This document shows positions 25,341 through 38,900 of a stretch of 64,000 nt of DNA, piece after piece (position 1 is the first letter of the stretch; each line of letters opens with the position of its first letter). Location: positions 238,392,001 through 238,456,000 of the forward strand of contig CM097885.1 in assembly GCA_044892525.1 (NCBI GenBank). Direction: 5' to 3'. Origin of the DNA: Schmidtea polychroa (taxonomy: Eukaryota). The position numbers were made by a program, and so were the translations under genes. Under the pieces are notes generated by a model, which saw only the letters and a list, made by a program, of their open reading frames with translations, ran no database searches and was not told where the DNA came from.

Positions 25341-27567
25341 AACACACAAAAACTTGGGTCAATACAGATTGTAGAAATTAACTGGACTTCAGTACATATA
25401 CATTTAAGATTTAATGTCTATCATCCCGATAAGCTGGATATTAATATTCGATAGCTCATGGTAAACTAAATGATTATAACATTGAAATTTTCTTAGATTC
25501 AAGTTATTGAGTGCTAATTTTCTGATCAATAAAATTATCAATAATATCAACAAAGTCTATTAACAATATTCAACATTAGGTATACCAAATAATTGGATGG
25601 TTTGTGCAATTAGCCGACTACTTGAAAATCGTTGTAGTGATTTAAGTCTGGGACATTTCCCATTTTAGATTTTCTTAATGATGTATTCCTATGGAATAGT
25701 TGAGTGTGTATTTTAGATATGTCGTTTACCGGAAGGTCGAATTAATTAAAATTTTCCTACTTTCCCGATTCAACTGAATACCGTACGATAGGCCTTATTG
25801 TAATATGTTTTCCGCGATTACTTGCCCGCATTTTATTTCGTCCGCATAGTCCCTGCGACTATGCCAACTACCTGGATGGATTTACCGCCCTACTCCTGGT
25901 TAGAAACCATTTGTTCGTGGCGACCTTCCGGTTAAAAAAAAATGAAATTTAGTGCATGTGGGGTCGTAGACCCGTATCGTGCATGTAAAATAGTTATTGG
26001 AAACAAGGCTGATCAGCGTCGCGAACTCGTCAACGACGCTGGTCACTCTTGTTACGTAATAGTAAAATGATAACAAAAAAGGACAAAAATCAATATAATA
26101 TATCATAAAATAATAATTATACAATAAATATAATCGATCATCCTTACTTTCAATACTGCTTGAAGGTTCGGTAAAAAATTTTTGGCATTCAAAAATATCT
26201 GAATTGTGACGAAAATGCGTCGGTATATATACCTATTTTGTACACGTGTATGTATTGATGCATTAAAACAAACTCGAATTCTTTTTATTCCAGAAGTTTC
26301 TATTTTGTAATTTTGATATTTTTAATGGCGATTTTTGCGTCATAATTTTTATTTTTATTTTTAAAATTTTATTTCCTAAATATTTTTTGCTAATTTTTCC
26401 TCCATGATGGATTTGGAACGGTTCCAGAACATTCCATATTACTTTTAATTCAATTTTTATTTTTAACTGATATTTTACGAATTTCTTTTTAAGAAATTTT
26501 ATTTTTAATACTAATTTATTTATTTTTCTAAATTTTATTGTTTAAGGTAGCTTTTATGATGGTCATCGCCATTTTTATGGAATGTTCTGGGTTTTTCTGG
26601 AATTTTTTGCTATTTTTACCACCTTTTAAGTTATTCGAGTTTGTTTTTTGTAACTCTGTGTTTATTTGGCTATTTTGAGTTAGATTTTGCATAACTTCTT
26701 GCTTTTGTATAATTTTATTTAATTTCTGTGTTTACATTTTTTTTGTTTCTCTTCTAATTATTATTGTTTATTTGGTGTAGCTTTTCAATATTTAACTATA
26801 CTTTTTGCTTTTTGCATGTTGTGTACCTACGCATTTCAGTCACAATTAGAAGTTTGGGTCTAGAAATCAGTTCTAGCCCAACACCATTATCTACTCTATA
26901 CCTGTCCCGTTTTCCCCATTCGATTTCGATGATTTTACTATTTATTGATTTTTCTCGGATTTCCGGATTCTTGCCTTTCGTAATTGCTTTTGGCATTTTC
27001 TAATACTGCTTCCATCACACTTTCCTTTACTATCGATTCTGTGCATGATCCCGATTTTATTTGTCTTTTTTCTTCACTTTAGATTATTAGCCTAAATTTC
27101 ATTTAAATTTATTTTACTTTACGGACCTCAACACTATTATGTAAATCTGTGAACGTTATATATTTATTCCTTTTAATGTGATATTAATGTGGAAGAAAAA
27201 TGTCATTCAAAATTTTATTTCATTGCATTTGCGCGCTTTTGTCTTTTGAGCTTCAGACGGGTCCCCGTTAATTTTACATCTCTAAACTACACTTCAGACC
27301 AAAATCTACATAATTATTAAGTTTGATGCTAATAGAAGATGATTTGCGAGGATAAATTTTTTATTAAAATTTTTTTACGTCTATAAACTATACTTCAGAC
27401 CAAAACTTTCTTAATTTGACAATTAAAATATTATATGCATTGAAGATTTTTATAGTGAATATTTAATAATTTTCCTATTTATAGAATTTTCATATTACTT
27501 ATATTAAATAAAAAATGTTTAAATTAAATGGTGCGATATTAAATAATCGCAAATATTAAACATTAAA

Positions 27568-29186
27568 ATGATGTCCGAACATAAATTATTAAAAAGACCA
27601 TTAAATGAAGCTATAGAACAGAAAAAATCTCGACTAAAATTATTAGGTTATTTAATTATAGTAATTATTCCGACATTTGTGTTACTTTTGTAGAAAGCGA
27701 TAGAAAGGCTTACTCCCAAAATGTTAACGACGCGCTTCAAGATTGCAAGAAAAGAGTTCAAGAATTAAGGAAAGGCAATGTTCGACTGAGAAAGCAATTA
27801 TTCGAAAAGCTTCGAGTTTTTAAATAATAAAGTTTTATTGTGAATTAATTAAAATTTAGTGTGACGAACACATAATTAACCAAGCATTCCAGAGAAGCCC
27901 TACAGAAAAGTCAATGTTTGCAAACAAAACTAGCTATGTTGATTAAAGTATAAGTATCGCATTAACTGTATTTTCATAGGCAGCGCTGGAAATTATGAAT
28001 GGAAAGGTCTGTGACAAGGCCAAGCAGTTAAATATGATGAAATACATAAGCGTTATAAAAAATATTCGTTTGGAAACATTAAATGATCAGTATGATAATT
28101 TAAATTTCGAAATATTATATGCAAATGATACAATAAACGGGATGAACAAAAATGGACAAGAAATGCGCGATTTGGAAAACAGATTGGATAAAGCTACTCT
28201 CAAGTGCTCTGAGGCCCAGCAAATAAATAAAATCTATATTCAGATAAAATATAAATTGCAAGAAGTAAAAATTATCGAATTTGTAAATTCGCGATAAAAT
28301 ATTAATTATTAGGAATATTTGCATTATGGAAATAATCTAGACGCTTTGGAAAATGAAATTATATATTGTAATAAAGATTTGTGTCATATCAGAATGCTGC
28401 ATCAAGATTCTATTATTGCGCACGATTTCGCAATGAAAGAATTGAAAGAGAAAGAAGATTCTGTGTTTTTAGATCGTAAGCGCCGAGAGAAGGAATTGCT
28501 ATACATGAAGAAAGCTGTGGAGGATAAACAAAGTGTTAACGAAAAAATGGAAAGAAGATTGGTAATAATATTTTTTTGTGATTCATTTTGAAATTTTATA
28601 AATTAATAATTACCTATAATTTCTCTTTTTTTAATTAATTATTTATATATAATTTTATATTTTATTTTATGTGACCTTGACATTTAAGTGTTTAAATTTT
28701 ATTGTAATTTGGTTTGTTTAAATGAGGGATGCAAAAACTGGGGGCTCGAATTGTTGAAATATTTTGAGATATATAGATATATTAAAAGTGTTTATAAACA
28801 ATTTATTAATTTTTACACACCATAACAGTAATTACAATCCATAGCTATTATATTATTATTTTATATATTATAAATTTAAACATACAAATTAAAGTTTAAA
28901 CAATAACATAAATTATACAAACATCCTTAAAACATTTATAATATTGTTTTAATAATTTTGATTACATTGTTTTATATACCATTAAAACAATCCTGGAACG
29001 ATAAGAGTAGTACCCACTTTCAAGTTTAATGTCATGAAATATGTCAAGATCAAATACAGGCCAATTGAGTCATTTTCATTTAATTTAATTAATTAATTTT
29101 TTTAAATTTAAATTATATTTAATTACTTTTATTTAATTTATTACATTTTATTAATTAATAATTTTATTTTAATTACTTACTTTAGG

Positions 29187-29282
<96 letters not shown>

Positions 29283-29855
29283 GTTGATATAATTAGTTTT
29301 AAGTAAGAATTATTATTTACGTGTTTATTTTGTTTATTTTTTTAAAAAATTAATACCCAGTTTATCTAAAATTAATTCGGCGTTTAATTTTATAATAAAT
29401 CGAATAATTACTATTTAAAATTTTGTTCAAATTGAAATATTCTTGTTATAATTTACGTTCTTGTTAGAATATATTAAATATAAATGTAAAAATAATAATA
29501 ATAAACAAAATTAATTAAAAAGTAAAAATAAATAATTAATAAGAATTAAATTTTTTGAAAATCCAAAAATAATTTAATTAAATAAATAAAAATAATTAAT
29601 TACAATATAAATTAAAATAACTAATTAAAATAAAAAATTAATTTAAAAAATTAATTTAAAAATGTAATAAATTAAAAATTACTTAAAGTAAGTAATTAAA
29701 ATAAAATTATTAATTAATAAAATGTAATAAATTAAATAAAAGTAATTAAATATAATTTAAATTAAAAAAAAATAATTAATTAAATTAAATGAAAATGACT
29801 CAATTGGCCTGTATTTGATCTTGACATATTTCATGACATTAAACTTGAAAGTGGG

Positions 29856-29945
<90 letters not shown>

Positions 29946-32900
29946 ATTCACTTAAATTACACATTTTAATTGTTAAAGTGATTATGATTGTTTCGATTTG
30001 CACTCATTTCTAGACATAGCAGTTGCAATATGCATTTGACGAATCTTATAGTGACAGTAGGCATAGCTTTCATTAGAATTGAACTAATGCCTTTTATCGT
30101 TCAACCACTGGAGAGCTCGTTTTTCTGTCATGAAAGTATACAACTGATGATTGCACTTCCTATTCTATTTTGTGGAATGTTCACAGTTCAACCATCAGTA
30201 TACACTTTTTTTATAGGCTTCATGGGTGATATTAGAATTTGTAAGACTTATTTCTTTGGTTTTTACAGTTTCTTTATCGCCTTGAAGTGAGTAGCACTTG
30301 GGTCGTAGGAACAGCCATTCTTTATATTGATTTCCTTTATTCTCATCCTTGACTTTCCCGATTACTGAATAAATTGTATCTGAGAATAATGGATCTTTCA
30401 CTGGATAATTTGAAGTATCTAGGAGCCCATCGGCAATCATTTGTGGATACAGTTGTAAGCGTTAATCCATATTTTTACAATCTTAAAAGAAGGAATATGT
30501 GTCACCAGCTAAGATATTAATTTGACAATTGAATTCTTCTCTATACATCTAGTTCTTTATATTGAAACTTGTACATGCGAAGTTTGGATAAATCAAGTAC
30601 GGTTTGTCCAATATACATTAGTCTATCTAAACACACCATTTCATTATCGAGTATAACAGCAATGAGTTCATCCGCAATCTTGATGCTATGACGAAACATA
30701 GTATAGCTATAATCTTTTGCTTTTGCCGCATAATCTCAAGTTTTTAAGTTTCTTCAAGTTTTCAACAGTTTTACCGTATAAACTATTGTTCTTTAACTTA
30801 TAATAAAAATCGCTGAAATGAATGTTCTCATTTGGGTATTGTAATCAATATATCCTTTGAAAATAGTTATTTGCTTGAATTCTACAGCACGATTAACTTT
30901 TGAAACAGTTACTCCGTAGCTCACCCACTTTGTCAAAGCTCTATTATTACTCACATAATTGATCTTTGGTTCTTATGTTAATAACAACTTCTCAACTTTA
31001 CTACTAGGTGGATAACAAAGTTCAGGAGCTATAGGTAAATCATCTAGTTTATCTTGTTTACTATCAGTAATGACGATGTCAACCTCCAAAACATATCCAC
31101 GATCTCCATCGAACTCATCTCCATTCAAATTGAAATACTCTTGTTATAATTTACGTTCTTGGTAGAATATATGTAAATGTTAAAAAAAAATAATAATAAT
31201 GCTAAATAAATAAATAAAATTAATTAAATAATTAACTAAAAAATTGATTATAAAAGTAAGAAAAAGTAATAATAAATAAATATAATAATAATATTAATTA
31301 TAATTCAAATTTATTAAGATTTAAACCGAAGAAAAAAATAATTAAATAACATAAGTAATTAAAATAATTAATTAATAAATGTAATAAATTAAAAATTAAC
31401 AAAAGTATTAATAAAATCAAATAATAATAAAAATATAATAAATTGTAATAAATTAAATAAAAGTAATTGAATAAAATTTAAATTAAAAAAATGATTCGAT
31501 TGGTCTATATTTGATCTTGCATCTCATGACATTGAACTTGAAAGTGAGTTGAAGTCTTCAGTAGATGAATAGGAGCCTGCTAACTTACATACTTTCACCT
31601 CCCCTATAAAATATTTTTTGAAAATTATGTAGCTCAACTCAAAATCGACTTTAAAAGTAGTGGCCCTCTATTGACAGTTCCTGACCTTTTATTTCGCCGA
31701 ACAGTGTTAGTTAGCGGAACCCTATCTGCCTATTGTCGTTCTGCAGACATTTATCCAAATTTACGACATAATGCAATTATTTTTGCAAGTTTATTCACAA
31801 GTACGGATATTTGTGAACAGACTTTTCCCTTAACGAAGTTGAATAAATCGATTCATAGAAACCAACTTGTTGATGATAATTTAAACGCCATCTTAAAAGT
31901 ATCTACTACCAATAATACTATAAATCTAAAAGGGTGCAAAATCATCATTAAAATTATTCTTATATTCTAATTATATCTTGTTATATTTTTTTTATTTGAA
32001 TAAATTACAATTATAGTAAAACATTCAGTATATTTATTTTTTTGGTCCGCAACCCATTGCCGATTTAATAATCCGGTATAGAGGGCTCAGAACATTGTAT
32101 AAATCATAATTAAAATCAAAAATATTAAATAATTAAAATAAAACACTTAGAATTAGAAATTATCAATATTTGATTAGCAGGAAATATATGAAAAAAATAT
32201 TTTTGAGGATGTCAATTCGCCAAAATTAACTTCATCCTCTATGAGTTTGATTCCACTAGCATCAGTTAAGAAAAAAACAACAAATTCCATATTTACTTAA
32301 CCAAAGTAATAATATTGTGCTTTATTACCAACTATTATTAACTTAAAAATTTAAACAAAACAATTAGAGCACTTCAATTCTCATACATAGATAATTCGAT
32401 TCGAATTTAAATGTAATATTCAAATAAAATTAAAATATATGTGCAGTGATTCCACTACACCTATATTTTAATTTAATTTTATATTTAGTGTTTTCATTAT
32501 AATTCAAGATTTATTATCTATTATTTGATTGTATGGGTCTGTGTCGAAATCTTACTTACAAATTATTTCATTTTATTAAATCCATATTAAAACTGCTCCT
32601 CAAAAAATAGGAAACTCATGATTCGATTGTCGTAAGCAACGATCTTTTATTGAAAGAAATACAAGTAAATGAAGGATATCAAAAAAAAATAGCAGCATTT
32701 GAAGAAATATATAGAGATTTTCAAAATATTTCTGGAGTCTTGGATTTACAAGAAGCTGTAGTGCGCTATCAAAATCAAAATAACACCGAAATGCATTTGA
32801 GAAATATAATCGACGAATATGAAAAGCACTGTGTAAATTATCGGAAAGAAAAGGAGAGATTTATTCACAATTTATATTGTGATAAATACGAAAACGAAAC

Positions 32901-35900
32901 TAAATTTTCATTGTAAATTAACATTGCCTTTTTTGATTTTTACAGTAATTTCTAGTAATGAGGAAAATCATCTCAACTTAGAGAGATATTTGAAAAATAA
33001 AGAACAGATTAATGCTGAACTCAAACAAATTTTGAATATGTCAAATTCTATTTTAGCACTCTGTAAATTAAGTGCGGACCACATTGATGAAATTCTTCCT
33101 CTTGCATATTGGACTGGATTGGATACAAGAAAGAAATGTAATACAAACGATGTTATCATCGACTTATTTGATAAAATCCAATATAAAATCGTTTCTTTGG
33201 TGGAACAGGTAAAAGAAGTTGATAAAATGGAAATCAAAAAGAAAATTCACTCACCTTCGGTAAAGTTTTTTGTTCTTAATTATTATTGTTCTTCATTATT
33301 TGTATTATAAACAAATTCATTGGATTACCTTCCATTCACTATCAAAGGTATCAAGTAATGTCTAGTTTAGAATGGGATACGTTCCTTGTGTTAGAGTTGG
33401 GCTCGGCCAAGGAGCAATTTGGATAGCCGTATAGATGCTAATGATATCTCTCTATATATAAAAAAGCTAAGGGTTCCCTCCATCCAAATTTTACTTTTTT
33501 TTATTATTATTATTTTTTTTTAATTTTTTTTTAGTTTTTTTTAAGTCCGCTTTGTTCTCTTCTTCAAACGTGATATGATTATCATTTTCCCGCTATTATT
33601 TCCAGCGTTCTAACGGGGTTGGTGAAGCGAAGCGAACAGGGCGGAGCCCCTAGTAATTATAATAATAATAAGGTTAAATAATTAATAATTAATATAATTA
33701 GATTTAATTACTATAAATAAGTTAGGTAAATAAATAATTACTATATTTAGATTAATTAATATAAGATATAATCAATATAAATATTTTGAGTTTTATACAA
33801 AATTTTAAAAAAATTTGTTCTGCGTTTAATCAGTATTGATTTTAAAGCAATTAACAGAAACAAAAGAGAGAACAGCTGTCGAGCAAATATTAGTAAGTAA
33901 AAAGACTGATCAAGAAAGTAATAGAAACAGATTAATAATTCTAACCGGAGGATTTTGTATATAAGTGAATAACAGAAATTTAGAAATTCAGAAATTGAAT
34001 AAGCTATATCAGCTTTGTATTGAACTAGCAGAATTTTAACCATAAGGTTACTTAATTCTACTTTGTTTTAATTTATAAATTAACTGCACAACCCGACCAC
34101 AAGAAGCAGTACTTCGGCCTGTCTTACTCGCTGGATTAAAATTCTAAAAGGGAACTATTTTAGGAAACGTTATCGACCTTGATCTAAGCGATAGAGCAAA
34201 CTTCGTGAAACCCCTTCATCTTTGACCTAACTTAAAATACAGTGCTGTGAGCAAATAGATCCAGCATTTGTTTCTTATTCTGAGGACGGTTTGTACAACC
34301 GATTTCTTTGCTTCATAGAATCAGCGGCATTTTTGGGTGTATTACATATATTGGGTATATTGAATAAATCTTTTTGAAAATTTTCTTTCTTCGTTAATTT
34401 ATATTTATTATCTATTTACACGCACATAAATGTATATATCTTTGGAGTCAGATATATCAGTCTGTGTTAGGAAGAATCTATCCGCCAGATCAGAACCTAA
34501 CACTTGTATTCGTTAGACCAACAGAATTGTCTTTAATAGGGAGGGGTAAATAAAGCATAATGATTATGCCTAGTCTAACCGATTATATTACATGTTTATA
34601 AAACTAATTAAAATTTTTTGCTTTCATTTTAAAAGATTTTTTAAATATTTTCCAAAAAGATTTTATTCCAATGTAATAAAGTGCAATTTAAATATTAAAT
34701 AAAGATTTGTTTATACCAGGCTTGTCTAACCTCTTAGCCTTCCTGGGCCATAATTTTAAAAATTGAGTTGATTTGGGCCGCACATAAAATAAGATAACTG
34801 GTTGATTACCACAACAATGTCAACATTTTTTTAAACTTTATTTATTTATGAATATATTAAAGTTAGTGAGAAATTTGGCTTGATTTTTGAGAGACTAATG
34901 CTTCGATATTTGATTCGATGGAACTAACTGCAATTCTGAGTGAGTGAGTTCACAAGGTGCTCATCAGATAATTTACTTTTAGTTTTATTCTCTTCATATG
35001 ATTCATTCTTGAAAAGTTACTTACAAATATAGGTACTTCCAAATAGCGATGATGTTTTTGTCGGCTGCAAATGGAGTCGCATATAAAAAGTTTTGCTAAT
35101 TTTTTCGGAAATCTTGAAATCTGCCTTCAAATTTGCATATCAAATCATCAATCAAGGCTGCATATTTCATGCTGTCTACAGGGCGGTGCTGATCCAACGT
35201 TTTAACATGCATAAAATTATTTGCCTTATTTTGAGATTGCCACAGACTCAGTTTTTTTTTCAAACGCTGTTATATTTTGAAATATTTCATTCATCAGTTG
35301 ATTGTGACTAATTGAAAAATTCTATTAAAAAAGACATTAATGATATTTTAAAAACTCTTAAAGTTTGAAAGTTTATTCGAAAGTGTTTTTGGCCGTATGC
35401 TGGCCGCCGGCTGCGGGTTGGACAAACCTGGTTTATACCACTCTTGAAATACCGTTATTTTGGAGTTACTACAAAACATATATATTACAAACGAAAAGCT
35501 ACAAATAAAGGTCTAATTTAATATGTAATTAATTTACTCTAAAACTCGAATTAATCCCCCCTGGGAGGGTTATATTTTTGTAAAGGACTTTTTTCAGAAA
35601 ATGCCGAGGGTGGGGAATTATCAAAAATTAAATGAATTTTAGCAAATTTTTATTCATCCTCTATTTCAGAAAAATTGGACTTCGAAACATCATACGTGGA
35701 AATTCTTTGAACCATTCTATCGCTTGAATTTTCAATTAATCTCATAAATTTTTCTCCGAATTGTTCGTCTTGAGCTAGCATTAAATTTGCATAATCATTG
35801 AGAAAATACTTCTTAAATACTCTTTCTGATTTTATTTTCATCCAATAAATTCCATGCTTCAAGCAGCCATTGAGAAATTAGTTAATTTGACGGGATCTTG

Positions 35901-38900
35901 ATTCGCCCTATCCTTATATATTCACAAATATCTGATTAAAACATTTGCATTGTAGTTTTTCTAAATACGCCCTTAATCGATTTAAACCAGAATACGTCTG
36001 CAGATTGAAGTATTCCAGTTAATCCACCTGAAATAACTCAATATAAAATTTCTATTTTTTGCAAATGCTCTTTCATTTCGTTCGGAATGTGGCTTCTTGT
36101 GCTATCAAATACCAATAAAATCTTGTTTCTTGGAGTGGTTATCTGCGGAAACATGTAATCATAAAGGGATAATTAAATTTTAATAATATTAAAACAAAAG
36201 CAAAAATTGTATAATTCTGCAATTTATAAAATATATAAACTTTTTAATATTTATTTAAATAACGATGATTCCCGATGTGGAATTGCTTCGGAGTGGGGAA
36301 GTATTGGAAGTATTTTTTTAGGTTTGGGGGGGGGGGATTTCGATTAGGTGGGAAATTATTTCGGGATGGGAGATTAATACGAGTTTTAGAGTATAAAAAG
36401 AAGAAATAACCACACATACTTAAAATAAGGACAACAATTATGGGTGAACAAAATAAATTTATAAGCCCTAATAGGCAATACAATAATTTTTATATAGTTG
36501 TTTGTTAGATTATAGATCAAAACAATATTCAAGGTACATTATATTTCGGCGCAGCTTTTATCAGCTGTGTATATATGTGAAAAATCTAACTTTAAAACGA
36601 CTAATTGCCCATAATAGCTGTCCTCGATGTAGGAGCATAAGAATAATTGAAGATTTTGAAATATATTTATTAACTAATACAATACAGTTTTGAATGTTCG
36701 GATGACGATCGTTGGAGTCGTTGGAATCTGAATTAAGATCACCCTTAAATATCTTTGTATTATATTGAGGCATTATGGTCACAGCCACTTTTGATATTAT
36801 ATGCATTTACTTTTTGGTTCATCGCTTGTAAAAGTGCAATATTCCTTTCGATCATCAATTTTTTAACTTAAAAATTTTTTTTTGTAATTTTAATGTTTTA
36901 TTCGGATTTCTAAAGGTAATTTTTTTAACTTAATCTTCATTTTTGGATTAATGCATTAACCCTTAAATACCCAAGACTATTTTATTAAAAATTAGAATTT
37001 TGTATGTACCTTATTTTCCCGCAAATAAAACGCGGGTTATACCGAATTTACATACTCCTCAGTGGGGGAGGGTTATAGTGTTTTTATTGGGTACATATTC
37101 CACCAAACTTGTTTACAAAATGAAAATATATAATTGATTAAGCAATTATATGTACTAAGCAAAATCTGCTGTATACACCAAACACCACTGAAATACGTTT
37201 CTTATATAAGAAAAAAATCAATAATCGGGTCACCTCATAAAATCGACTTCTAGTACATCGATTTTTAAAACATCGAGTGTGAAAAGATCTACTTTTAGCC
37301 TTAAAACATCTATTGTCGAAAACATCTACTGTCAAAAACATCAACTGTCAATAACATCTAGTAATAAAAGGCAAGAACATCAATCGCCTAAAACATCGAG
37401 TTTAAAAAACCTTTTTTAATTAAATGCTCTCATCATTTTTTTTAATTTTAATAGTTTTTTTTAATTTGTTTAATATTCATGTTTATATTCATTCCCGCCC
37501 CTCAGATTTTTTTTTAATATCTGGTTTTCTATTTATTAACTTGCATGCAATATCTTGCAAAAACTACATTTTGTTGGCTAATAGTTACATGCCTAATTTA
37601 GATAATTAAAACAGACACAAATTGATAAAAATTTTCTTCATATTTAATTTAATTTTAATTTGTAGATGTTTTAAAACTCGATGTTTTAGAAGTTTTCAAA
37701 GTAGATTTTATTGACAATCGATGTATTTGTTGTTGATGTTTTGGACTCGATGTTTTAGACAGTAGATGTTTTCGCCAATAGATGAATTAGAAGTTGATTA
37801 TTTTGTTGTTGATTATCTAGAAGTCGATGTTTTGGGGGCGCGCCTATAAAAACATACATACTTTGATTTCACGCTGTTGTTCTCATTTATAGTGCAATGA
37901 GATACATTTTACATTATAGAAATCTAAAAAGTGATAGAAAATTTAAATACTGCACACAAACACAACATATACTAAAAACACATACAAACTTTCGATTCAT
38001 AGAAATGCACCGCTGGGATACGTTTCTATAATAACTTTATTTTAGACAATTTTTTAAAAAAAAGATCGCTGAAAATTTTTAAAAATATATTTTTAATCAA
38101 AATATCAAGAGCAGATGAATTTGGTTCAATGTCTTTTCAGTAGAGATTTGATTTCCTGAAAGAAGCCCTTCATATTGAGCTCAGAAAAAAATTACAAAAA
38201 TAAAAAAATTATTTTATTCATATTCGGCGATTTTTCCCAAAATCTTTTAGAAAAATACATATTTTTGGTGATTGATTTATTTTATTATAATTAAAAATAT
38301 GTCTGACTCACATTATATCGAAAAATTTCCAAAATACTTTTGTTTTAATATTCAAATATATAGTTTTACTGACACACGTACACACAAACAAATTAATGAC
38401 GGCTATTATATTATTAATTTGTGATTTATCTTGACAATACGTTGATGATTGTAATATTTATTAACCTAAAATATTTCACTCGTCCCAGGAAGAAATTTAT
38501 AAATGATTACAATTATTGATATACATGAAAATAATTTCGAGGGAAAAAATAATGTTAATAATATGTAAAATTGTTAAAAAAAAATTTGCAATTTCAATTG
38601 GTTGTCTATTTTTGAGTTATTCAATTTAATGTCATAATACGGTGTTTCCGAAAGTGTGGGCCGCAGAAAAATTCAGCTGGGTCACGGTAAACATTGTAAA
38701 AACACAAAAATTATCTTTTACATATTATTACATCGGCTAGTCACTAGTAATATGGCCGAAGTGTGTATTTTTACTCTTTCATATAGCACAGCGTTTCCTA
38801 AAGTGTGGGTCGCGACACAGCACCTGGTCGCAGAAAAATTTTTAAATCTCGTACCGGCCGCGACCAAAAAAGTTTTGAAAACGCTATCATAATACACTGA

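Larger units (their letters stand above)
21414..26883 (-). mobile_element. 5,470-bp TG..CA element with 4-bp TSD; candidate giant solo LTR carrying ORFs
   Basis: Ends TGGTGGG / CCCAACA; TSD CCAT at 21410-21413 and 26884-26887; no internal terminal direct repeat or gag/pol motif seen. Confidence 0.75.
20610..27133 (-). mobile_element. Solo LTR (~1,050 bp when empty), interrupted at 21414-26883
   Basis: TGTTG...CAACA ends; 4-bp TSD CTAT (20606-20609, 27134-27137); ends resemble the solo LTRs at 57483 and 59915; TATA-like tatataagg on the minus strand near 21000. Confidence 0.85.
20463..27266. mobile_element. Mutator-like MITE (~280 bp when empty), outer layer of a nested insertion
   Basis: TIRs ccgtccgaagcgcgcaagacaaaagcgcgc / gcgcgcttttgtcttttgagcttcagacgg; GG..CC ends; 9-bp flanks attaatttt / gttaatttt. 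Confidence 0.75.

Noticed and set aside
19011..26883. One large TIR transposon bounded by the inverted 19011/26883 repeats
   Set aside because: The right copy is nested inside two other elements with its own TSD, and the copies are strongly diverged, so they are separate insertions.
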